Virus record (IMG/VR): IMGVR_UViG_3300049926_000074
Location: 1-54,697 of that record
Strand: one strand, 5' to 3'
From: a virus
Taxonomy: Duplodnaviria > Caudoviricetes
DNA length: 54,697 bases
Positions 38,079 to 47,054 of this stretch are shown here, piece after piece. The position numbers and the translations under genes are program-made. Positions within the stretch are counted from its first letter, which is position 1. Every line of letters starts with the position of its first letter. Under the pieces are notes generated by a model. The model had not been told where the DNA came from. It did no database searches and saw only the letters and a list, made by a program, of their open reading frames with translations.

Positions 38079-38276
38079 CTACGGATCAGTGGATATCCGG
38101 TGGATAACCTGTGGATAATCGGTGGGTTCTGCGTCGTCGGGTAGCTCTTTGCCGACGAGGATTCGGCGTCGCTTCTCCACCAGCTCGTACTCGCTGGGCG
38201 GCGACGGGTCCGGCTCATCGGGCCGGGGCTTCCGTCGCCGCCGTGGCGCGTACCGTTCGGCGGTCAGGTCATCCAT
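38079..38276 (-). CDS. Hypothetical protein
   Basis: Coupled to upstream gene; 3' end overlaps DnaA-box-like motifs. Confidence 0.5.
   Translation of the reverse strand: MDDLTAERYAPRRRRKPRPDEPDPSPPSEYELVEKRRRILVGKELPDDAEPTDYPQVIHRISTDP
38088..38118 (-). promoter_or_regulatory. Three DnaA-box-like motifs at 11-bp period
   Basis: TTATCCACA (38110-38118, consensus), TTATCCACC (38099-38107), ATATCCACT (38088-38096). Confidence 0.6.
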
Positions 38277-38604
38277 CGGCCGGATCGGGCTGAGTGCCCG
38301 TCTCGACCCAGCCGGCGAACATGACCGCTATCTCCAGCAGATCGCGCTCCCCCGCGTCGGAGCCGACGGCGAACCGCGCCGCACTGTCCAACGCCCTGGC
38401 CCGGATCTCCTGCGCGGCGCTCAGTTCGAAGTCCGGGAAGGGCTCTGCGCCGAACTCGCGGGCGTTGGCGTGCTCGTCGAGGGCGAGTAGTACGGCCTTG
38501 GCCATGTGGACGTAGTCGTGGAGCTCCAGGCCATGAACCTGGGTCTCCAGCGCCTTGGCGACTACGGCCTGACGGTCGGTGGCCGCCAGGATGTCGATGT
38601 TCAT
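38269..38604 (-). CDS. Hypothetical protein
   Basis: ATGA overlap. Confidence 0.6.
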   Translation of the reverse strand: MNIDILAATDRQAVVAKALETQVHGLELHDYVHMAKAVLLALDEHANAREFGAEPFPDFELSAAQEIRARALDSAARFAVGSDAGERDLLEIAVMFAGWVETGTQPDPADG

Positions 38605-38804
38605 TCGGTCTCGCTCTCCCCGACTCGTCGCCGGTGTTCTGCTGTCGCTTCACTGGTGTCCGGGACGTCGTGCACCCGGTTGTTCTCGGGCATGGAGCAC
38701 ACCTCGCCGTGCTCGCCGGTGACGTACCGGCAGCGACGGATGCGGTCCAGCCAGTCGGTGCCGTCGTCGACGAAGACGTGCGTCGGATAGATCTCAACCG
38801 GCAT
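38601..38804 (-). CDS. Small Cys/His protein
   Basis: HVF..C..CSMPENNRVH. Confidence 0.6.
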   Translation of the reverse strand: MPVEIYPTHVFVDDGTDWLDRIRRCRYVTGEHGEVCSMPENNRVHDVPDTSEATAEHRRRVGESETE

Positions 38805-39051
38805 CGGGCACCATCCCGGGCTCGCTACGTGGAGTCGTCTCGGCGAGGAGGCGGTCGCGGTGGACCAGGCAGACCCTGACGTCCGTCCGGTCGTCGCCGT
38901 TGTAAAGCGCGACGATCTGGCGCGCCTGCCGGACGCACACCTCCCGGTCGTCCGGTGCGGCGACCAGCGTGCCCCAGTCGCATCCGAGCAGGGCGTGGCC
39001 GCGCTCGTGGCCGAGCAGACGCACGGCGGCGTTGAGTGCGGCGTCAGACAA
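38794..39051 (-). CDS. Small Cys/His protein
   Basis: GGAGG+TTG; C..C..CLVH. Confidence 0.55.
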   Translation of the reverse strand: MSDAALNAAVRLLGHERGHALLGCDWGTLVAAPDDREVCVRQARQIVALYNGDDRTDVRVCLVHRDRLLAETTPRSEPGMVPDAG

Positions 39052-39514
39052 GGCGCACCTCCGCCGTCTCGACGTACGGCCCGATCCGGATCACGACACC
39101 GGGCGTCGACAGCGCGTCGCGGTCCTCGCCTGCCCACACCTTCGCGAGCCTCCGATACTCCACGATGAGCGAGTCATCGCGGATCACCCCGGCGTCCTTC
39201 AGCGCGTCCTCGGTGGACCGTGCGAGCTTCGACAGGTCCGGGATGGTGGCCGGCCGGGTCGGGGCGTCGTCGCGGAGCAGGTGCGCGTTGCGGCCGGTCC
39301 GGTAGTGGCTCTTCGGGCGGACGAACGTGAACACCATGTCGACCTCGAGCGGGCCGTCGAGTGGTGCCTCGCCGCTCATCTGGAGCACGGCGTCGCTGCG
39401 GACCGCGTCACGCCACGGCTTCACGTGCTTCGACGACTCGACCATGATGCCGCGCCCGACGTGGCGTTTCGATCCTTGGGGAGCTGGCCGGCCCAGCGTG
39501 ACGAGCGTGATCAT
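39044..39514 (-). CDS. rusA: RusA Holliday junction resolvase
   Basis: PAPQGSK, RPKSH, PDLSKLARSTEDAL, DDSLIV. Confidence 0.92.
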   Translation of the reverse strand: MITLVTLGRPAPQGSKRHVGRGIMVESSKHVKPWRDAVRSDAVLQMSGEAPLDGPLEVDMVFTFVRPKSHYRTGRNAHLLRDDAPTRPATIPDLSKLARSTEDALKDAGVIRDDSLIVEYRRLAKVWAGEDRDALSTPGVVIRIGPYVETAEVRLV

Positions 39515-39903
39515 GGCTGGTCCTCCGGTAGGAGCGCGACCCGGAAGCCGAGGGCCTTTGCCCAGCGCACCAGGTGGTCAGCGTTCGGCGCGTGAGTGCC
39601 GGCCTCCCACGTGCAGATGTTGCTGCTGTGGTTGCCCATGCGCTCGGCGACCTGCCGCAGGGTCAGGCCCTGCTTGCCCCTCGCCTCCCAGAGTTGAAGC
39701 GTGAGGCTTTGGCTGGGCCGCTCCCCGATCATCAGAGTGATGTGGATGCTCGGAGTGCGACCCGGACCGGCCGACGGTTCTTCCCGCGCGCTCTCCAACG
39801 CGCCCGCCGGCCGGCCCGAGATTGAGGCCGGACCGTGGCCTGATTCGCTTTCGTGGCCGGATGCGCTGCTCGGGCCACGGTCCGGAGATTGTTGGGTGGT
39901 CAT
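39511..39903 (-). CDS. XRE-family HTH protein
   Basis: QGLTLRQVAERMG..ICTWEAG..WAKALG. Confidence 0.75.
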   Translation of the reverse strand: MTTQQSPDRGPSSASGHESESGHGPASISGRPAGALESAREEPSAGPGRTPSIHITLMIGERPSQSLTLQLWEARGKQGLTLRQVAERMGNHSSNICTWEAGTHAPNADHLVRWAKALGFRVALLPEDQP

Positions 39904-40196
39904 GCGACGTCCTTCGCGCTGCGCCCGTTGACCACGATCTCGGGCGCGGCCTGCTCGGCCAGCCGTAGAGCGGTCTCCAGGTCGAAGCGGTGCCCGGCCA
40001 GCCACTCGTCCTCGCGCTCGCTCGGCCGCACCTCGAAGTCCCACTCGCCGTCGGCGCCGAGGCAGAAGCGGTGACGGACCACGGCCCAGCGTCCTTCACC
40101 GCGGTACTCGACGTTGATCGCGTACGTACCGTGGTTGATGTTGTCCTCGGCCAGCACGGAGACTTCGTACTGCGTGACCCGCGTCGTGGTCTTCAC
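39900..40196 (-). CDS. Conserved-looking actinophage hypothetical protein
   Basis: WDFEVRPSEREDEWLAGHRFDLETAL. Confidence 0.7.
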   Translation of the reverse strand: MKTTTRVTQYEVSVLAEDNINHGTYAINVEYRGEGRWAVVRHRFCLGADGEWDFEVRPSEREDEWLAGHRFDLETALRLAEQAAPEIVVNGRSAKDVA

Positions 40197-41065
40197 TCGA
40201 CACCATCCGACGGCGGCTCGGGGTCCATCGCGTCCAGCTTGTCGATGACGCGGCGGGCCTCATCCCTCGTCAGCTCGTTGCGTGACTCGATCTCGTGGCC
40301 GATGGTCACCGCGATGAACGCCAGCGCGGCGTCCCGGTCCGCGTAGCCGCGTTCCTTCAGCAGCGCGAACATCTTCCGCTGCTGCGGCATGGACATCATG
40401 CCGTGGTCGGGCTCAGGTTCGTCGGGCTCGGCGGCCGGCGTCGGTTCGCCCAGGATCTCGGCCGCGGTGACCCGCGTCGCGGTGGGTGCCGGACTGAACG
40501 ACGGTTCGCCATCCAGCTCCTCGACGGCGTACGGGATGCCGTGGATGGCATCGGCGGCGATGAGCCGGCACACCTCCACCGTGGCCCGCGCGGTGAGCAT
40601 GTTGCGCGGGTTCTTCTTGTACTGGGCGTTCGACAGCAGCTCGGCCGTCTTGGCCCGCTCGGCGGTCCACTCGGACGTTTCGATCCGGTCGCTGCCTTTG
40701 CGGCGACCACACACCACGACGCGGGTCGCGCTGGCCTCGTCGACCCAGATCTGGTGACCCTTCGACTGCACCACGGCCCGCAGCGCGATCGCGTACATGG
40801 CGGGCGTACCGCCGATGACGTAGATGCTGCGGAGCGACGCCATCGGCGACAGGCCGAGTTCGTGGCCGGTGAGGATCGCCGCGGTGGCCTCGGCCGGGTT
40901 GCCGCGGAAGTGCTTGGGTACGAACGACGTCTCGCACAGGCTCTTCGCGATCGCGGCGGCGGCCCGGGCCTCGGCGGCCCAGTCGGCGAGCGTGGCCAGG
41001 ACGGCGGTCTCGCGTACGGCGATCGCGCTGGTCTGGTCCTCGCGTACGGCAACTTCGGTGGTCAC
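40193..41065 (-). CDS. RecT-like ssDNA annealing protein
   Basis: ELGLSPMASL..VIGGTP..A..P..ML.ARA; follows RecE-like gene. Confidence 0.75.
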   Translation of the reverse strand: MTTEVAVREDQTSAIAVRETAVLATLADWAAEARAAAAIAKSLCETSFVPKHFRGNPAEATAAILTGHELGLSPMASLRSIYVIGGTPAMYAIALRAVVQSKGHQIWVDEASATRVVVCGRRKGSDRIETSEWTAERAKTAELLSNAQYKKNPRNMLTARATVEVCRLIAADAIHGIPYAVEELDGEPSFSPAPTATRVTAAEILGEPTPAAEPDEPEPDHGMMSMPQQRKMFALLKERGYADRDAALAFIAVTIGHEIESRNELTRDEARRVIDKLDAMDPEPPSDGVE

Positions 41066-41901
41066 AAGGTCTCCTCGTGTTGGTACGCCAGCCAACGCGG
41101 CGGCGAGAGGGTGGGAATGTCGTCGGTGGGGTAGCCCGGCCAGATGCCGGACTCGGTGCAGTCGCGGTAGATCTCGCGGGCGCGGGCGATGCGGGCCCGG
41201 CCGATGGCCAGGTACTCGTCGTCGCACTGGACCACGTTGACCAGGTACGGCGGGTCCTTCTCCTGCGCCATGAACAGGAATCCAGCCTCGACGCCCGTCA
41301 CGGCCGCGATGCCGTCGAGGTAGTGGGCGGCCTGGATGTAGTAGCCGTACGTCGCGATCGCCCGGCGTAGGGCGTCATTGCTCGCGTCGGTGGTGGTCTT
41401 GTAGTCCGCCACGATCCGACCGGTTCGGTAGTCGATCATCGCCCGACACATGACCCCGGTCCGCTCGTCGCGCCACACCACGGTCTGCTCGGCGACGCCG
41501 CCCGAACTGAGCAGCGGCCCGGCGAGCGGGTGCCGGCGGAGTTGCTCGGCCATGGCGCGAACGGCGTCCCAGTCGGCCGGACGAAGCGGCACGGCACCTG
41601 CGGTGCGGATCGCGGCGACGTGTTCCTTGATGGCCTTGGTGCGCCACTCGTCGGCATCGACGCGGACCAGCTCGGGGCCGGCGCCGAGGACGAGCTGGTG
41701 TGCCGCGTGCCCGAGGTCGTACTCCTTCTTCGGGGCCGATGGGTGGTCCTGGTCGTACCGGAACCGGGCTGGCGACGCCAGCAGCCGCCGGGCGCCGGTC
41801 GACGACAGCGAACCGCCCTCGACCGGGTCACGGTGGTACTGCTCGGCGGGAATGTCGTACAGCCCTGCGACCGTGATGGATTCGGTCAGCGTCGCGCTCA
41901 C
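41062..41901 (-). CDS. RecE-like PD-(D/E)XK exonuclease
   Basis: LSST, GHAAH..VL, CRAMID, DYKTT, YGYYIQAAHY. Confidence 0.88.
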   Translation of the reverse strand: MSATLTESITVAGLYDIPAEQYHRDPVEGGSLSSTGARRLLASPARFRYDQDHPSAPKKEYDLGHAAHQLVLGAGPELVRVDADEWRTKAIKEHVAAIRTAGAVPLRPADWDAVRAMAEQLRRHPLAGPLLSSGGVAEQTVVWRDERTGVMCRAMIDYRTGRIVADYKTTTDASNDALRRAIATYGYYIQAAHYLDGIAAVTGVEAGFLFMAQEKDPPYLVNVVQCDDEYLAIGRARIARAREIYRDCTESGIWPGYPTDDIPTLSPPRWLAYQHEETL

Positions 41902-42122
41902 CGGTCGTCTCGTCTCTTCGCCGCGGCCTCGTCCTCACACGCGCACCGATCGCATTCCGGCGGCGTATCAGTCGGCTCCCCGCACACGCCGCAGCAGCAG
42001 TCGGGGCACGGGGAGCTCGGCGGATCGCCGTCGAGTTCGTCGAGGATGGACGTACCGACGACACGCTCGCCCTCGCAGGTCGGGCACACCGACGGCGCGG
42101 GGACGAGCAGTGGCCGCCTCAT
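41898..42122 (-). CDS. Small Cys-rich protein
   Basis: CPTC, CPDCCCGVC, CDRC. Confidence 0.6.
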   Translation of the reverse strand: MRRPLLVPAPSVCPTCEGERVVGTSILDELDGDPPSSPCPDCCCGVCGEPTDTPPECDRCACEDEAAAKRRDDR

Positions 42123-43039
42123 GCCTCCGCTCCCATCACGAGCCGTCCGATGTGCTCGGAGACTTGGGGGACGACGGCGTTGCCGAGGGCTCTAAGTCGG
42201 TCCACCCGTCCGGGAACCCCATAAGCCACTCGACCCACGTTGGGTTCAGCGGCCCACCAAGTTCCTCGGGCAGGGACAGGCCAGTCTGTGACTTCGCCTC
42301 GCGCCGATGCTGGGCCGCGACCGACAGTCCGCCGCGGGCTCCATCCTTCGCCAGCGGTGTCGGCAACAGTCGCCAGTCCCGGCGCCGCGATGAGCGCCCC
42401 GTCCTGATCGCCGCCAGTAGATCTCCGCGGCCGCCCCGGTCGCCGTCCGTCGGCCTCGGTGTCGGCCAGGACGCCTCGCGGGCCATCTGCGAAAGTGTTG
42501 GCCGGATAAGGGCGTTCGGTGACGGTGACCGGTTGGTGCCGCCCTCGCTGGCCGTTGGGGTGGGCAACGATGAAGACGCGGTTGCGTCTGTGAAGCGCGC
42601 CGACCGCCGACGCGGGAATGCAGTCCCATTCCGCGTCATACCCGATTGAGGCCAGGTCTGCGAGTACGTCTCCCATTCCCCGTCCAAGGAGACCCGGGAC
42701 GTTCTCCAGGATCGCGTAGCGCGGTCGTAGGTCGCGAATGACCACGTGCGCTGCCGGCCAGAGCCACCGCGCGTCTTGCTGGGCGAGGCCGAGACCGGCG
42801 AGGGAAACGGGTTGGCAGGGGAATCCGCCGGCGACAACGTCAACGGGAGGACGGGTTCCTCCCAGCCACCACTCCACTGCGGTGCGGACGTCGTCATGCT
42901 TCGGGACCTCCGGCCAATGCTTCGCGAGTACCTGACGGCAGAACGGGTCGATCTCGACCTGGCCGACGACGGTCATGCCGGCGCGTTCCAGCCCCAACTC
43001 CAGGCCACCGATACCGGAGAACAGTGAGAGGACGTTCAT
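42119..43039 (-). CDS. DNA cytosine-C5 methyltransferase, alpha polypeptide
   Basis: FSGIGG (I), GFPCQ (IV), ENV (VI), HRRNR (VIII), LGNAV (X); no motif IX in this frame. Confidence 0.92.
   Translation of the reverse strand: MNVLSLFSGIGGLELGLERAGMTVVGQVEIDPFCRQVLAKHWPEVPKHDDVRTAVEWWLGGTRPPVDVVAGGFPCQPVSLAGLGLAQQDARWLWPAAHVVIRDLRPRYAILENVPGLLGRGMGDVLADLASIGYDAEWDCIPASAVGALHRRNRVFIVAHPNGQRGRHQPVTVTERPYPANTFADGPRGVLADTEADGRRPGRPRRSTGGDQDGALIAAPGLATVADTAGEGWSPRRTVGRGPASARGEVTDWPVPARGTWWAAEPNVGRVAYGVPGRVDRLRALGNAVVPQVSEHIGRLVMGAEA
42136..42897 (-). CDS. Overprinted C5-MTase beta polypeptide (target-recognition region plus motif IX)
   Basis: Alternate frame inside the MTase: WPQSGMTRNG, three PTP modules, LNPTWVEWLMGFPDGWT. 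Confidence 0.75.
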   Translation of the reverse strand: MTTSAPQWSGGWEEPVLPLTLSPADSPANPFPSPVSASPSKTRGGSGRQRTWSFATYDRATRSWRTSRVSLDGEWETYSQTWPQSGMTRNGTAFPRRRSARFTDATASSSLPTPTASEGGTNRSPSPNALIRPTLSQMAREASWPTPRPTDGDRGGRGDLLAAIRTGRSSRRRDWRLLPTPLAKDGARGGLSVAAQHRREAKSQTGLSLPEELGGPLNPTWVEWLMGFPDGWTDLEPSATPSSPKSPSTSDGS

Positions 43040-43461
43040 GGCTTCACCGTCGGGATCTCGATCTGGGCCTCGCGCAGGGACAGCGGCGGGTCGATCTCGC
43101 CTTCGCCGGGTACGAGTTCGCCCGGAGTGTCGCCGGGCCGGGCCGGCTGCCAGGTGTCAACCGCCGGGCAGACAAGGCCGACGCAGCCACGCTCGCAGTC
43201 ACGGCACCTGTCGTCGTACAGCGCCTCGGGTAGCGCCGCCATCCGCCCGTAGTCGGCGACGATGAACCGCCCATCGTGGTGGCTGTCCAGCGTGAACGTG
43301 TCCGCCCGGTCGAGGTCCGGCGTCGGGTCCTCCACCGCGAGCACCGGCCTGTCGTGGCGCCGCCGTGGCACCGCCAGGAGGGCTCCGACGAGGATGAGCA
43401 GCGCGCAGCCGCTGAGGATCCAGAGGAGCTGAGGCAGGGTCATGGGGATGCCGTCGATCAT
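43036..43461 (-). CDS. Membrane-anchored hypothetical protein
   Basis: N-terminal TM; Cys cluster. Confidence 0.6.
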   Translation of the reverse strand: MIDGIPMTLPQLLWILSGCALLILVGALLAVPRRRHDRPVLAVEDPTPDLDRADTFTLDSHHDGRFIVADYGRMAALPEALYDDRCRDCERGCVGLVCPAVDTWQPARPGDTPGELVPGEGEIDPPLSLREAQIEIPTVKP

Positions 43462-43988
43462 GATGTGGCCTCCCGCTCCGCGTTGTCGGCGGCGGTGTTG
43501 AGGGCGCGGGCCATCTCGCGGGCCATGGCCGGCGTCAGATCCACTCCGCGACTGGTGTTGACGCGGCAGGCGCCCCATGGTCGTGGCGACTCGTGTACCT
43601 CGATGCGGCAGCCGTCGCGGTCGCGGTGGTCCCACGGCAGGTTCACCGGCTCCGGGGCCTCGACGAGCGTCCGCAGTGGACCATCGTCGCGGGTCAGCTC
43701 CACCCAGTCGGCGCCGAGGTCGTCGACGGTGCAGCACCAGTCACCCCGATAGGCGTCGACGTGCTGCCAGGCCCGGTCGTGGCGGTCGAGGACAACGGCG
43801 CCGAGGCCGGGCTCGGGCGGTAGCGGCGGCTTGACTCTGGTGAGCAGCCCAACCGCGACGCAGACCAGGCAGCCGTCGATGAGGAACGCCACGGTGCCGG
43901 CGGGCGCTTCGGCTGCGATGGGAGTACCGCGAGGGTGCTCCTCCAGCTCGCCACCGCCGAGCACCTCGGGCAGCTTGTACTTCGTCAT
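43458..43988 (-). CDS. Hypothetical protein
   Basis: ATGA overlaps; LTPAMAREMARAL. Confidence 0.65.
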   Translation of the reverse strand: MTKYKLPEVLGGGELEEHPRGTPIAAEAPAGTVAFLIDGCLVCVAVGLLTRVKPPLPPEPGLGAVVLDRHDRAWQHVDAYRGDWCCTVDDLGADWVELTRDDGPLRTLVEAPEPVNLPWDHRDRDGCRIEVHESPRPWGACRVNTSRGVDLTPAMAREMARALNTAADNAEREATS

Positions 43989-44371
43989 GACGACTCCCGG
44001 AGGATCGCGCGGGCGAGGGCGAAGACGCGCTGGTACGGGAAGTTGATTTCGTGGTCGGCGACGATCTCGTCCAGCCAGTCGGCCAGCGCGAGCGCCACCG
44101 GCGGGTGCATCAGGGCGATGTACTGCGAGTCGACAACCGCCTGCCCGAGCGGCCAGCCCTCCGCGGGTGCGTCGAGGCTCATGTCGGCGATCCTGTATCC
44201 GCCCGGCATGGCGTCGCCTTCGTCCCGCCAGCGCAGTTCGACGCAAACGATGTGGCGATCTAAGTGGTCTCGTTGGAATGCCGTCCAGGGTTCTGCGGGG
44301 TGGCTCGACGTGGCGATGGTCGCGTGGCTGCGTAGCACCTTCGCCGCCCGCTTCAACAGGTCCGCGCTCAC
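43985..44371 (-). CDS. Ead/Ea22-like protein
   Basis: EPW..YIALMHPPVALALADWLD. Confidence 0.65.
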   Translation of the reverse strand: MSADLLKRAAKVLRSHATIATSSHPAEPWTAFQRDHLDRHIVCVELRWRDEGDAMPGGYRIADMSLDAPAEGWPLGQAVVDSQYIALMHPPVALALADWLDEIVADHEINFPYQRVFALARAILRESS

Positions 44372-44739
44372 GCCGCCGCCCGCCTCTCCCGATGTGACCC
44401 GGCGCCGAGCTGCACCAGCTCCACGCCGACGATGCGGGCGAACTCGGCGCGTACGAACTCGTGGGTGTCGGCCGCGCCGTGCAGTCGTGCCCGCTGGCCG
44501 ATGGTCGGCGGCTTGGGTGCCTCCAGCGGTGTCAGGATCGGCCTGGGTGCGGCGTCGACCACGCGGGCCATGCGCTGCCAGTTGGCGGAGACGAACTCGA
44601 ATGTGGACGGTTCGCGCCAGCCGCGACGGTGCCGGCCGGTGGGGCGCCACAGCTCGGCCACGGCGGAGATGGCGAGGGTGAGCCAGTACTCGGCGACGGG
44701 GCTGACGGTGGCGATGACGGCGGTCAGGGCGGGGATCAT
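44368..44739 (-). CDS. Hypothetical protein
   Basis: Operon coupling. Confidence 0.55.
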   Translation of the reverse strand: MIPALTAVIATVSPVAEYWLTLAISAVAELWRPTGRHRRGWREPSTFEFVSANWQRMARVVDAAPRPILTPLEAPKPPTIGQRARLHGAADTHEFVRAEFARIVGVELVQLGAGSHRERRAAA

Positions 44740-45098
44740 GAGGTCTTCCTCCAGCTACGTAGGCGCAGCCACAGCCGCGTCGTCCAACTCGTGTTGCAGG
44801 GGCACGTGATCGGTCCGTAGCCACCGAGGTAGACGGCGCAGTTCGGGCAGTTCCACCGAACGCAATTGCCGTGCTTGCACAGGCTGGTGACGTGGTTCGG
44901 TGCGCCATCGACGTCGTAGGACCAGATGTCGCAGCTGCGGCAGTGCTGGGCTTTGTGGATGGCCGCGTGGCCGTCCGGGGTGGCGAGTAGTCCGCACGCC
45001 ATCGAGCAGAGGTCGTCGCAGTCGCCCTCGCCGTGTCGCTGACGGGGCGTCGCCCGGGCGCAGTCCGCGCAGTTGGGATCGATAGCGATGCAACTCAC
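44736..45098 (-). CDS. Cys-rich protein
   Basis: Multiple CxxC motifs. Confidence 0.55.
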   Translation of the reverse strand: MSCIAIDPNCADCARATPRQRHGEGDCDDLCSMACGLLATPDGHAAIHKAQHCRSCDIWSYDVDGAPNHVTSLCKHGNCVRWNCPNCAVYLGGYGPITCPCNTSWTTRLWLRLRSWRKTS

Positions 45099-45469
45099 GT
45101 GGCGCTCCGATCGATTCGTGGTCCAACCTGCGGCATCTGCTGGGTGGGTGCCTGGAATGCCACCGTCGCCTCGGCCGGCGGCCCGGGGCGCGGCATCGGC
45201 CCGCGTGGCGGTAGGCCGTAGCCCTGCCGTAGTCGCGCGTTGGCCTCGCCGAGACGTTCGTTGCGGGCGTCGAGGTCGGCGCCCAGGGTGAGCAGGTTCC
45301 TGTTCGTGGCCGCCAGCAGCTTGTTGGCCTTCGACAGTCGGGAGCCGACGACAGCGGCGGCGACGACCGCGACCAGCGCGATGAGCAGCGCCAGCAGCGT
45401 GACCGCGAACAGCGCGGCGGGGGCGACCGTGGACGCGGTGTCGCCGGTGAGGTAGGAGGGCAGGGTCAT
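45095..45469 (-). CDS. Membrane protein with coiled coil
   Basis: TM segment then heptads. Confidence 0.6.
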   Translation of the reverse strand: MTLPSYLTGDTASTVAPAALFAVTLLALLIALVAVVAAAVVGSRLSKANKLLAATNRNLLTLGADLDARNERLGEANARLRQGYGLPPRGPMPRPGPPAEATVAFQAPTQQMPQVGPRIDRSAT

Positions 45470-45537
45470 CGGGGGCCCTCCGAGACGCAGAGGGCCAGGA
45501 TGGCGACGCCGATGAGGCAGAGGACGAAGAGGATCAC
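45466..45537 (-). CDS. 23-aa hydrophobic micropeptide (not in ORF track)
   Basis: GTGA and ATGA overlaps at both ends; MILFVLCLIGVAILALCVSEGPR. Confidence 0.5.
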   Translation of the reverse strand: MILFVLCLIGVAILALCVSEGPR

Positions 45538-45770
45538 GGCGTCACCACCGGGCTGGGAATGCCTTCGATGAACCCGCGTAGACCCCTCGCCCCGCCGATC
45601 AGCAGCTCACCCGTCGCGAGCATCAGGAGATCAGCGGACAAGATGTCGGCCGTACCGGGGTGCTTGTTCAGGTCGCTGACGAGCGAGGCCAACGCGCCGC
45701 CCCCGTCGTTGAACTCGATGTACTCCATGGCCCGGTTGCGCGCCCATTCGAAGTGCTCGACGGCGTTCAC
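45534..45770 (-). CDS. Conserved-looking phage hypothetical protein
   Basis: EHFEWARNRAMEY..SDLNKHPGT. Confidence 0.7.
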   Translation of the reverse strand: MNAVEHFEWARNRAMEYIEFNDGGGALASLVSDLNKHPGTADILSADLLMLATGELLIGGARGLRGFIEGIPSPVVTP

Positions 45771-46087
45771 AGCGTCACCACCATCGCGGCGGCCAACTCG
45801 GCCCGGGTCGGCTGCACCGCACCCACGAGACGGAGCCAGGGCCGTACCTGGTCGGTGGAGGTCAGCACCAGGTGCGCCCGCTCAGCCCCGCCGACCCGGT
45901 AGGCGATGGCCACGTAGGCGACGCTGGAGGAGTCGGCGATGGACAACTCGACGAGCTTGTCCCGCAGCACCCACGTGTGACTGCGGGAGTACAGCGACAT
46001 GACCTCGGACGGGTCGTACCGCCACTTGGCGAGGGCGGCCCGGAGGTCGGCGACGACCCGAGGGATGGTGGGGACCGGCAATGTCAT
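45767..46087 (-). CDS. Hypothetical protein
   Basis: Operon coupling. Confidence 0.6.
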   Translation of the reverse strand: MTLPVPTIPRVVADLRAALAKWRYDPSEVMSLYSRSHTWVLRDKLVELSIADSSSVAYVAIAYRVGGAERAHLVLTSTDQVRPWLRLVGAVQPTRAELAAAMVVTL

Positions 46088-46599
46088 GACGACACCGCCG
46101 CGCGAGCCTCAAGCTCGTCCAGCTTGCAGTCGCAGCCACCGCTGTTCGCGTAGCAGCCCGTCGGGTAGTGCGACGAGACGAAGTGATCGCAGCAGTTCGC
46201 CTCGGGGTTCGGGTCGTCGCTGACAGCCGGCGGGCGCGCCTTGAGTTCGTCCAGTTCGGCGCGGAGCCGGGTCACCTCTGCGAGCCGTTCCCGCTCGGCC
46301 GGCGAGGCGACCGACGAGAACACCGAGAACACCACCGTGCCAAGCGTTCCGCTGGCATCGTGGTGGTAGCTGACGCCGTCGCTCATCACTCGTACGGTGC
46401 CGGCCTTGCCGACTACGGCCTGGCCGATCGCGTCGATAGTGGCGATCTTCTGCTCGTCGTCGTCGGTGCCGGACGGCTGGATGTCGACCCGCACCCACAG
46501 CCGGTTCAGCGGCATTTCGGCGAGAGTGTCGAGCGAGTCGGCGATGGCGCGCAGTTCGGTCGCGATCGTCGTGACCTGTGGGATGCTGCTCTCGGACAT
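46084..46599 (-). CDS. Hypothetical protein
   Basis: GGAG+ATG at 46599; C-terminal Cys cluster. Confidence 0.6.
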   Translation of the reverse strand: MSESSIPQVTTIATELRAIADSLDTLAEMPLNRLWVRVDIQPSGTDDDEQKIATIDAIGQAVVGKAGTVRVMSDGVSYHHDASGTLGTVVFSVFSSVASPAERERLAEVTRLRAELDELKARPPAVSDDPNPEANCCDHFVSSHYPTGCYANSGGCDCKLDELEARAAVSS

Positions 46600-46706
46600 C
46601 AGTGCTCCATTCGTGGTGGTGTCCATGGGGCCCCGGATCACACCCGGGGCCTTTCCTGCGTTTGAGGGGGCGGGTCGCCGTTGATAGCGGCGGCCCGCCC
46701 GTCGCC

Positions 46707-47054
46707 CTACCTGCTCGACCTGCTGGTAGGCGACTCCGCTGCCGGCGCGCTGGGGAGCTGCGCGGGCGCGGACGTCTTGGGGAATCGGTGAAGACGCGGC
46801 CGGGCATGCCGGTCGCAGGGGCCGCAGTACCCAGCGATGTGGGTACGGATCGAGCCGCGCTCCGGTGGCTTCGACACGAACTCGAGCGGGCGGCGGATCC
46901 GCTCGCCGGTCGCGCCGTGGGTCAGGACGCCCTGAGCGCGGAGGCTCTCGCGGTTCGTCATGCGCGCGAAGCGGTAGAGCTGCCGCGGGGTTCGACGGCT
47001 CGCACGGTAGATGTCGAGGCGCCGCTCGCTGGTCATCGGTAGGGCCTGGCTCAT
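46707..47054 (-). CDS. Basic hypothetical protein
   Basis: ATGA overlap. Confidence 0.5.
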   Translation of the reverse strand: MSQALPMTSERRLDIYRASRRTPRQLYRFARMTNRESLRAQGVLTHGATGERIRRPLEFVSKPPERGSIRTHIAGYCGPCDRHARPRLHRFPKTSAPAQLPSAPAAESPTSRSSR

